Below the pieces are notes generated by a model. That model was not told where the DNA came from. It did no database searches and was given only the letters and a program-made list of their open reading frames with translations. A DNA stretch of 64,000 bases from Lama guanicoe (lineage: Eukaryota): contig MU053379.1 in assembly GCA_013239625.1 (NCBI GenBank), forward strand, positions 2,710,866 through 2,774,865, written 5' to 3'. Positions 51,001 through 61,115 of the stretch are shown here, piece by piece. The translations under genes were made by a program, and so were the position numbers. Position 1 is the first letter of the stretch. Each line of letters opens with the position of its first letter.

Positions 51001-53175
51001 TAAAAAACAATAGAAAAAATCAATCAAACAGGAGCTGCTTTTTTGAAAGAGTAAACAAAATTGACAAACCTCTGGCCGGGCTCACCAGGAAGAAAAGAGA
51101 GAGAACACAAATAAACACAACAAGAAAGGAAAATGGAGAGATTACAACCAACACCACAGAAACACAAAAAGTCATAAGAGAATATGCTGAAAAACGGTAT
51201 GGCAGCAAACTGGACAACCCAGAAGAAGTGAACACATTTCTAGAAACATACAGTCCACCAAGACTGAATCAAGAAGAAATAGATCATTTCAACAGACCAG
51301 TCACTACAAGTGAAATAGAATCAGCAATAAAAAAATCTCCCTGCAAAGAAAAGTCCAGGACCAGATGGCTTCACTGGGGAATTCTACCAAACAAAGAACT
51401 CATATTGATCTTTCTCACACTCTTCCAAAGGATTAAAGAGGAGGGAATGCTCCCAGACTCATTCTATGAAGCCACCATCACCCTGATACCAAAGCCAGAC
51501 AAAGACACTACCAAAAAAGAAATCTATAGGCTAATGCTGGTAATGAACACAGATGCAAAAATCCTCAACAAAATATTAGCAAACAGACTCCAACAGCACA
51601 TAAAAAAGACCATACACCATGATCAAGCTGGATTCATCGCAGGGACACAAGGGTGGCTCAACATACGGAAATCAACCAATATGATACACCACATCCAAAG
51701 GGAAAGGACAAAAACCACATGATCATCTCAATAGATGCAGGAAAACCATTTGATAAAATTCAACACCCATTTATGATAAAAACTCTTACCAAAGTGACTA
51801 CAGAGGGAACATGTCTCAACATAATAAAAGCTATTTATGACAAACCTACAGCCAGCATAATACTCAATGGTGAAAAGTTTAAAGCCCTCCCGCTGAAATC
51901 TAGAACAAGACAAGGATGCCCGCCCTCACTACTTCTATTTAATCTATCATTGGAAGTCCTAGCCACAGCAGTCAGACAAGTAAAAAAATAAAAAGGATCC
52001 AAATTGGAAGAGAAAAGGTAAAATTGTCACTATATGTGGATGTCCTGATACCATATATAGAAAACCCTAAAGGCTCCACACAAAAACTACTAGAGCTGAT
52101 AAAAGAATTTGGCAAGGTAGCAGGTCACAAGATTAACATACAGAAATCAGTTGTATTTCTTTACACTAACAATGAAATATCAGAAAAGGATAGTAAAGAA
52201 ACAATCCCTTTTGAAATTGCATCCCCCAAAATAAAATACTTAGGAATAAATCTGACCCAGAAGGTGAAAGACTTACATGTGGAGAACTACAAAACACTGA
52301 TTAAGGAAATTAGAGATGACTTAAAGAAATGGAAAGATATCCCATATTCTTGGATTGGAGGAATTGATACTGTTAAAATGGCCAAACTAACCAAAGCAAT
52401 CTACAGATCTAATGCTATCCCTATCAAATTACCCAGGACATTTTTCACACTAGAACAAGACACTCTGTTTTCCATCGATGGAAAACAGTATGGAGATTCC
52501 TCAAAAGGCTAAAAATAGACTCACTGTATGATCCAGCAATCCCACTCCTGGGCATATATATCCAGAGGGAACCTTAATTCAAAAAGATACATGCACCCCG
52601 ATGTTCATAGCAACATGGTTTACAATGGACAAGACATGGAAACAGTGTAAATGTCCAACAACAGATGACTGGATAAAGAAGTTGTGGTAAATTTATACAA
52701 TGGAATACTACTCAGCCATAAAAAAGAATAAAATAATGCCATTTGCAGCAACATGGATGGACCTGGAGGTTGTCATTCTAAGTGAAGTAAGCTAGAAAAA
52801 GAAAGAAAAATACTGTATGATATCACTCATATATGGAATCTTAAAAAAAAAAGACAAATGAACTTATTTACAAAGCAGAAACAGACTCACAGACATAGAA
52901 AATAGACTTATGGTTACCAGGGGAGGAAGGGATAAATTGGGAGTTTGAGATTTGCAGATACTAACTACTGTATATAAAATAGATAAACAACAAGTTTATA
53001 CTGTATAGCACAGAGAACTATATTCAATATCTTGTAGTGACATATAATGAAAAAGAATATGAAAACAAATATATGTATGTGTATGTATGACTGAACTATT
53101 ATGCTGTACACCAGAAACTGATACAACATTGTAAACTGACTATACTGCAATTTTAAAAAAAGAAAGAAAAGAAAG
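48011..53175 (+). mobile_element. Near full-length inactive L1 with internal ORF2 deletion, sense to CFAP61 (ORF1 ~48693-49570; ORF2 ~49977-52790)
   Basis: 5' start 'gggggagggtgccaagatg'. ORF1 coiled-coil/RRM fragments (SRLHNAEERVSDLED, LRGLWDNIKRANL). ORF2 fragments ([25 protein letters not shown]). FADD reads YVDV. The 3'UTR ends in an A-rich tail. Confidence 0.95.
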
Positions 53176-53539
53176 CAGATTGCCTTCACTCAAAAATTAC
53201 AATTCCTTTTCTCAAATACTGAGATGATGTAACCCACTGAATTTCACTTTCTACCTTACCTTCAGGGAAGTACAGAAGTTCAGTCCTATTAACTATGACG
53301 TCCCCAAGCTGTTTATCCATTTTCCTCTCCTTCCACATGTGGAGAAAGAAATAAAAAACTATTACCTATGACTCAGTGTAAGTCATATATAGATTATAAA
53401 CCTGCATAGTGTTTATTTTTTTAAAAAATCATTTTAAGACATCTCAAGTCCTTTTGTGTAAGTGAAAATGGGAACAGATTATAAACCCACTGGCACTGCA
53501 TTTAGCTGTGGCTGAAGCCAAGGTGAAATTCTGTATCGT

Positions 53540-56400
53540 CAGAATCATCCTTCAAAGTCCTCTAAGAAAGATATGACAATTATAAACATGTATGAACAAC
53601 AACAGAACCCTACAGTGTATGAAGGAAATACTGATGGAATTGGGGAAAAATAGTTTTAAGATGATAGTTGGAGACTTTGAAATACCACTTTCAGTCATGG
53701 ATAGGACCACCAGGTAGACGATTAATAAGGAGACAGAGGACTTGAACAGCCGGGTACACCAGCCAGACCTCGCTGTGCACAGAGCACTCGGCTCCCCCGC
53801 AGCAGGATGTACGTTCTTCTCTGGGGCACATGGGACGTCCTCCAGGACAGGCTGTGACATAAGTGTCAGTAAGTTTTAAAAGATCTAAATCATGCAAAGT
53901 ATATTCCCCAACCTCAGTGAAATGAGCCTGGTAATCAACTAGAAGTGGAATAACAGGTTTTTAAGCAACTTCTTGATTTCAAAGAAGCTTTCAAATGGAG
54001 TATTAGAAATGCTTAGAGACAAATGAAAATGAAAACACAACAGACCAAAATTTATGTGATGCACAGTGAAAACAGTTTTCAGAAGGAAATCTATAGCTGT
54101 AAATGATTCCATTGAAAAAAAAAGGTGGTGGTGGGGGCAGACTTCAAATCAATAACCTAATCTTACCCCTTACGGAGCTAGAGAATGAAAACCAGACTAA
54201 ACCCAATGCGAGCACAAGGAAGGAAATCATCATTCGACTGGAGATAAATGAAACAGAGACTAGAAGAAGGACAGAGAAAATTGGCAAAACAAAGCGTTGG
54301 TTCTTTAAAAAGGTCAAAATTAATAAACCTTTAGCTAGACTGACCAAGAAAAAAGAACTCAAATTCCTGATGAAATGGAAGTGGGGACATTTCTTGCAGA
54401 AATAATGGTTTAAAAGAATGCTATGAACAGTGTATGCCAACCAAATAGAGAACCTAGATGAAACAGACGAATTCCTAGAAACACACAAACTACAAAAGCT
54501 GACTCAAGAAGAAACAGAAAATCTCAGCAGACCTATCGTTCGTAAAGGTACCGAGTCAGGGATCCAAACCCTCCTGACAGAGAATCCCCAGACCGGGCGG
54601 CCTCCCTGATGAATTCCACCGAGCACTTAAAGAAGAATTAACACCAGTCCTTCTCAAACTTCTCCAATAAAATAGAAGAGCAAGGGAAACGCCCGAGCCC
54701 CCTCTGTGAGGCCAGCACGGCCCTGATACCAAATCCAGACCAAGACGTCGAAAGAAAACTACAGAACGACGTCCCTATGAATTTCGATGCAGAAATCTTC
54801 AACAGAACACAGCAGACTAAATCCAGCAGCATATTTAGGAGATTGTGTACCATATCCCATGAACGTTAAGAGTGGGTCAGCATAATGAAAATTAATCAGT
54901 GTAATGCACAGCATTCCTAAAATGAAAGGGGGGAAATGCTATACTCTCAATTGATGCAGAAAAGGCATCTGACTAAATCAAACATGGTCTCGTGGTAAAA
55001 ACATTAAAAAGCCCAGAAATAGAAGGAAACTGGCCCAACCTGATTGAGAGCGTCTATGAATGGCCCACGGCTAACAGCACGCTCAGCGGTGAGAGACTGA
55101 AGTTCTTCCTCCGAGACCCGGAACGAGGCAAGGATGCCCACTCTCACAACTTCCATTCAGCACTGTACTGGGAGCTCTAGCCACAGCAGTTAGGCAGGAA
55201 AAGGAAATAAAAGGCATCCATGTTTGAAAGGAAAACTGTCTCTTTTCTCAAATGACATAATCTTATTTAATAAAATCCTAGAGAATCACAAAATAGTATT
55301 AGAGATAGTAGATAGAGTCAGCAGTTACAGGGCTGTACACCAACACACAACAGTCAGTCGTCGACATTACAATCAATGATCCAAAATGACATTAAGAAAA
55401 CAATTCCATTTGCAATGGCATCAAAAAGAATAAAACAACCAGGCATGTATTTAAGGAGGAGGTACAAGATCTGTACACTGAGAAGCAGGAAACATTTCTG
55501 AAAGAAGCTCAAGATGACCTTAATAATGAAAAGACATCTGTGTTCATGGACTAGAAGACTTAATATTCCTAAGACAGCAACCCTATGCAAAGCACGCTAT
55601 AGATTCAGGGCAATCCTATAAAAATCCCCATGGTATTTTTTTTTTTTTTAGAAATGGAAACACCAATCCTGAAGCTCATATGGAAATGCAAGAGATTTCA
55701 AATAGCTAAAACAATTTTGGGAATAAAAAAAGTTGAAGGACACGCACTTTGCAATTTCAAAACTTAATACAAATCAGTAAGCAGGACAGTATGGCAGCGA
55801 ATTAAGGACAGACACAGAGATCCATGGAACAAAATCAAGAGTCCAAAGTAACCCCATCTACACGAAGAGATGTTAACATCATTAATCATTAAGGAAATAC
55901 GAAGCTGAACAGCAGTGAGATACCACTTCACACCCACTAGGATGGTTACCGTAAAGGAAAAAAAAAACAGGAAATAATGAGCGTTGGCAAGGATGTGGGA
56001 AAACTGGAACTCTCGCACATTGCTGGTGGGAATGTAAAATCATCACGCAGTTGCTGTGGGGAAACGGTTTGATGGTTCCTAAAAGCTTACAGACAGAATT
56101 ACCATATGACCGAGCCACTGCTGTCCTAGGTGTACAGCCCAAAGACCTGAAAATCAGTGTCCAGATGAGTACTTGCCTATGACTGTTCATTGCAGCACCA
56201 TTCAGAATTACAAGACGGAAGAAAGAACCCCAATGTCTGTCAGCGGACCACCGGGTAACTAGATGTGGTCTCTCCATACAAAGGAAACTTCATGTGCCAT
56301 AAAAGCAGTGTAGTACTGATACATTCTAGAAAGGGGACGAATCTCAGAACATTACGGTAAATGAAAGAAGCCAGACACAAAAGGTCACGTATGAGGCCTC
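53540..56400 (+). mobile_element. Older L1M ORF2 fragment (endonuclease to C-terminus, with deletions)
   Basis: ORF2-like tracts ('atagttggagactttgaaataccactttcag', KIGKTKRWFFKK, EIEGNWPNLIESVYEWPTAN, 'gagataccacttcacacccactaggatgg'). Confidence 0.88.
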
Positions 56401-57539
56401 AGGAGGTGAGCTGTTCACAGGTGAGCCGGCCCGGAGGGGCGGTGGTCACACCGCGAGCAGCCACCCCAGGAGAGGCAAATGCACAAGAATCCTTCTCTAA
56501 TCTAGAGCAGTATTTGTCTTGCATAAATTTAAAAGTTCCATTTTGTGACTTTACACCATTTACCCCAATGTTAGAATAGCATCACACAAGATGAGCCCAA
56601 AATCCTCAATAATTTTTGTAAATTCATTGTTTATGTTTGATACAATTTTTCTGAAAGATTAAGGGAGAAAGAACCAACCTCATATATACCGCATATATGC
56701 TCAGGGACTCAAATGTTTCAGCACCTCTAATATTTAGTTCTGGGTACCACTTGCCTTCTTCTCTCTCACTGTCTGTGCTGAGTGCATGAAGTCCTGGACC
56801 CGCACTGACTGTTCTTCCGAGCAATGTGTGTGTAACCTCCCACACCTGGTTGTGTCTTGCTTAAATAACCAAGTGATAATTATCTTACGTCTCTGTATAG
56901 TGTGAATATATTTTTCCATCTGTAAGTTCGTACTGTTAATAAATTAAGAATCCAGTAGAATTCTGCAAATTATCCACTTTTTTTCTGTTAAAAATAAAAA
57001 GAATTATTGGAAGTTCAAATGAATATACCATCAAAGTCCATGTTCCCTTAGGGTAATTTTCAATGATCGTGGTGTTCAGGAGGCACACAAACCTCGGTGA
57101 AGTGCTCTTTCTAACAACCCTCCCACAGACGGGCGGGCAGCTGATGTAGCAGATACTGCAACATGTCAGCCCAGGAGGCAGGTGGTGTGTGTGCAGCTGC
57201 AAACTGCCCCATTCTGTCACCTGGCCTCTAGGTTTGAATATTTTTATATTAAAATGTTGGGGAAATATTATAAATATGTACAGCATATGATTCTCAACTT
57301 CAAATAACTTTATTCTCTCTTAGCCTCATCTTTCAAGATATCAGTGACATTTCACTTTACTAAGAATTCATTCTAGGGTTTTAAAAATCCTATTTCTTGG
57401 GGACTGTAACCAGATATAGTAAACCATCTAGGAGTTTTCATGCAAAAAATGTTGAATCGCTTCCTTTCTTATTTTTAAGATAAGCATGCTCTACAGGTAA
57501 TTTTTATCTGAAAATTAAGACCTTAAAATCACTCTCCTT

Positions 57540-57895
57540 GCTGAACCTTAAAGACATTATGCTAAGTGAAGTAAGCCAATCACAAAAAGACAAATAGTGT
57601 TTAATTCCATTTATGTGAGGTGCCTAAAATAGTCAAATTCATAGACACAGAGAGTGGAAGGGTGGTTGCCAGGGGCTGGGAGGAGCGGGTGGGGAGTCAG
57701 TGGTTAAAATAGATAAACAGATGCAATTTGGGGGGGGATGACCATCCTGGAAGTGGATGGTGGTGACGGCTGCACAACAACGTGAGTGTCCTTAACGCTT
57801 CTGAATTGTGCACTTAAAAATGGTTGAAGTGGTAAATTTTACATCATGTGTGTCTTACCATAGTAAAAAAAAAAATTAACCAATAAAAAAAAAAG
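57540..57895 (+). mobile_element. L1MB-type 3' end with polyA tail, about 90 bp upstream of the terminal exon acceptor
   Basis: 'aagacattatgctaagtgaagtaagcc..gtggatggtggtgacggctgcacaacaacgtg..cacttaaaaatggtt..ggtaaatttt', followed by A runs. Confidence 0.88.
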
Positions 57896-57987
57896 ATCAA
57901 CGTCAGGGAGTTTTAGTGAACCTGCCCTCTTACTGTGACATTAAGTCCAAGTCATTTCGGTCTCTGGACCCTCACTGTCTTTTCCAG

Positions 57988-58188
57988 GGGGAAAGCCTTC
58001 CTTCCATAGAAGAGTTAGCCCGGCAGATGGAAGATGAGGAGATTAACCTGCCCGAGAAGCCCAGGACGTACCTCAAACGAGTCTTCCGGGAGAGCATCTA
58101 CAAGCCGCTGGTGGAGCGGAGCATCCTTGACTACCTGCGCTATAATCACTACCACCTGCCCATGTACGCGTGGCCAGGCATCATTTAG
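57988..58188 (+). CDS. CFAP61: CFAP61 terminal coding exon: GESLPSIEELARQMEDEE...LDYLRYNHYHLPMYAWPGII*
   Basis: Acceptor 'ctcactgtcttttccAG' (57986-87), phase 0, 66 codons plus TAG. Matches the recalled CFAP61 C-terminus (..YLKRVFEESIYK..LDYLHYNRYHLPMYAWPGIV). Confidence 0.93.
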   Translation, partial: GESLPSIEELARQMEDEEINLPEKPRTYLKRVFRESIYKPLVERSILDYLRYNHYHLPMYAWPGII

Positions 58189-58329
58189 CTGCGGCCGCCG
58201 TCTCCGCGTGATCGTTTCCGCACGTGTCGCCCGGGGGAGCGCTGTGTGGGAACAGGAAACCTCTGAAGCCCGGCTGCACCATCGACACCGGCTTGGTTTG
58301 GTCCTTTCTCCTCCGCGCCCACCTCTGCC

Positions 58330-58360
58330 TGTAGTTTTCTATCTTCCCAGTAGGTGGCGC
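58330..58360 (+). promoter_or_regulatory. Candidate CTCF site (core plus upstream motif)
   Basis: CCAGTAGGTGGCGC (58347-58360) fits CCASYAGRKGGCRS. An upstream TGTAGT (58330-35) sits at the usual spacing. Confidence 0.6.
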
Positions 58361-58442
58361 ACGGCAGCGCCTCTCGATCCTGGGGCAGGGAGCCGCTCCA
58401 CCAACGCCAGGCGTGCTCCCGGGCACAGACACGCATGTTAGC

Positions 58443-58448
58443 AATAAA
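58443..58448 (+). terminator. CFAP61: Polyadenylation signal AATAAA of CFAP61
   Basis: Canonical hexamer about 255 nt after the stop, followed by a GT/T-rich tract ('cgttgtctttacc'). Confidence 0.75.
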
Positions 58449-60648
58449 GTGGGATCGTACCGTTGTCTTTACCTTGGGCGTGATTCTGCTTGGTTTCCTG
58501 AAAAGTCCTGTGAGTCCCTTACACGTCTACCCCATCATACTCGGAGGGCGATTAAAAAAAAAAAGAAAGAAAGAAAACGGTGTGTCCAGGATGGAAAATA
58601 GTGAAAACAGATGATGGTAAATGAACTCTGTAATTCAACATCAGAAGCACTGATGGCTTAGGAAAGTTTACAGGAACTTTTGAAATGAGGAGGCTGCTAC
58701 CACAGCCCCTGGATTTCTACTTCCTGTTTCCGATCACGGGCATAAAAGCGCCGAAAATCTGGCAGAGCAAGACAGGGCCACACACGGGTTTTAGATAAGA
58801 AAACCTTAGTGGGAAATTAACCAAGGTCGTTTCCTTGGACCCTTGGTGCTGTTGCTTTGCATGGGGGCTCTCTGGTACGTGTCACCTGTGATGTGAGTCA
58901 GAAGCCTCTTTCTTAAAAATAAAGCAAATTAGGTGCCTACTAGAAAACCGTATGGATTCAGGGTCAACACACAAGACTATTTTCGTTTATTTGGACCTCT
59001 TTTAGCAGATAGTGTGATACAGTTTGTCTGAGTTTTTGAGCAGCAGGGCTTCAGACTGGCTTTTGTGGACATAATTCCAGTTTTTGTTCTTTTTTTGTAT
59101 TTATGTTAACATTTAGCAAAAGTTGGCACAATTCCAGTGACTACACAGCTATTTGGGGGAAGGGTCATAGCTGGCAGGGCAATTCTACACCCGTTAACAA
59201 ACTGCTGCTTCTCAATGACAAAGTCATTCTGGAGCATCGGACTCCGATTTTCCCAAGGCAGGCAAGGAACAAACTCCACTCATTCCTTCACACATATGTT
59301 TTACACAAACGCACGGGTCATTTCGAGGGTAGGCCCAGCTCTGACCATATGGTACAGATTGTGTAACACGAGTGGGGAACAGTCACTGCTGGTCCCTCTT
59401 CAACCTGCAAACCCAGCACACTTGGAACCATATTTCAGGGCCTGCGAATGAGTCAAGAAACTCTCCTTCCCTAACCGCCCCCCACCGCCACTCCCAGCCC
59501 CAGAGGCCCTGGGTCAGATTCATCGGCAAATAGAGTGAGTTTCTGTGACAGGCCCTGGGACCTTGAATGGAGATGAACAGAACAACCAGTTAGAGGATCA
59601 ACAGTAGTAATTTCTTTGACCAAGTACTACCATTACAAAGCTTCTGGTCACAAAAAAAAAAGTGACCCCAAATGACACTGCCAACCTTAACATCAAATCA
59701 TGCATCATTTATAGTAAGTTTTCCTTTGCTGCTTTTTAAAAGTCGTCTGTAAGTATCCTGGTAGATTTGAAAATGTCTAGAATACGATCTACTCTAGAAT
59801 TGGATGAAGTAACTAATCATCGTCCCACTTTCTGAGTGTGAGTAATTTCCTGAAGCTAGACGGAAATTTCAGCATACACGTGCAGATTTGAGCATTTTAT
59901 CACCAAGGAACAACTTTTCTAAGAATAAGAGACAACCCAACAGTGGTTGATCTTGAAAATGTCTGTTTCGAGGGCTGCAGGAGAATACAGGCATTTACTC
60001 CTCCGGGATCATAAACCCTGGCAAAAGAAAGCGCTTCCGAGAGGCCAACACGTGGCCCTCCCTCCGCCGCCCCGGCAGAGCTTCTGTACAGCCCCTCTAC
60101 GCTGCGCCTGTGCCGGTCAGCCCGGGAGGCGGGAGCTCTTGGAAGTCTGTAGTTTTGAACAAAGACTGCTGACAGAAAAACACCAAAGGTCAATTCCCCA
60201 CGTGCTATTCCCGCACAGGAGACGCAGCACCCATGCGCGTAGAGGCCCTAATGCTCTCCTGACACGTGTGGGTTTGTACTAGAATGTGGCCCCCTCCTTT
60301 CCAAAAAAACAGCTCCTTAGATCACACCCAAATGTCCCAGGAAGGCAAACGAAAAACAGAAGGGGAGGTGGGAGAGGAAAAGGAACAGTGCATGGAGGAT
60401 AAAATACGGAGCCAGCCAATCAATACTGACCCTCAGAAGAGGGTGTGTGCGTGTGTGCGCGTGTGCACGCGCCCGCGCGAGAGCCAGGGAGAGCGCAGGG
60501 GTGCACCCGGCTCCGGGTGCGCCGTGGACCTGGGAGAGGGGCTCGAAAGTCGCCTTGTGTGAGGAGCTGTTGATTGTTTTCTGGTTGAGAGAAGAGGTGA
60601 TGATAAGGCTGGGATAAAGTGCGCGCCGGGCCGGGCTGAGCGGCGCGG

Positions 60649-60663
60649 CAGCTGTATGCTAAT
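60649..60663 (-). promoter_or_regulatory. ASCL1/Brn (E-box + octamer) composite motif ATTAGCATACAGCTG
   Basis: Plus strand reads CAGCTG-TATGCTAAT, an exact fit to the recalled consensus ATT[A/T]NCAT[A/T/G]CAG[C/G]TG. Confidence 0.7.
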
Positions 60664-60789
60664 ACCCACAGAAACCAGCCTCCGCGTCCCCCATTAAAGC
60701 AGGCGGCCAGGAGGCCACACATCACTGAACAAATAGGCTCTCTCTAGACAAATAAAATAACACACGTTGGCCTGCGGGGAGCGAGCAGA

Positions 60790-61115
60790 GCCAGAGGGGG
60801 AGAGGAGAGGGAGGAGAGGGAGGAGAGGGAGGAGTGGGAGAGAGGGGAGGGGAGGGGGGAACCAAGAGACAGGGGAGCAAAAGATGGGAAGAGAAGACGG
60901 GCAAGGGGGAGGGGGCACCGGTGGGCAGAGACGGGGAGAGGGAGAAAGAAAAGGGGGGGCAGAGAAGGAGGTGGGGGGAGAGTCAGAGGGATGCGTGGGA
61001 GAAAGGAGAAGGTGGGGGTGGGAGTAAAAGAGGGCAGGAGGGGGAACACCGACACCCAAACTCAAGAGTGGCCACAGGACCGGGGGAGGGGGGTAGAGGG
61101 GAAAAGGGAGGACAG
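60790..61115 (+). repeat. Purine-rich (G/A) low-complexity tract
   Basis: About 320 bp almost entirely G/A, with GGAGGAGAG-type repeats and multiple G runs. Confidence 0.9.

Larger units (their letters stand above)
58189..58475 (+). other. CFAP61: CFAP61 3'UTR (end inferred)
   Basis: Lies between the stop codon and the first downstream AATAAA. Confidence 0.7.

Noticed and set aside
57916..57987. N-terminal part of ORF 57916-58188 as a standalone 90-aa gene
   Set aside because: This part is intronic: an AG acceptor at 57986-87 joins the remainder in frame to the upstream CFAP61 exon.
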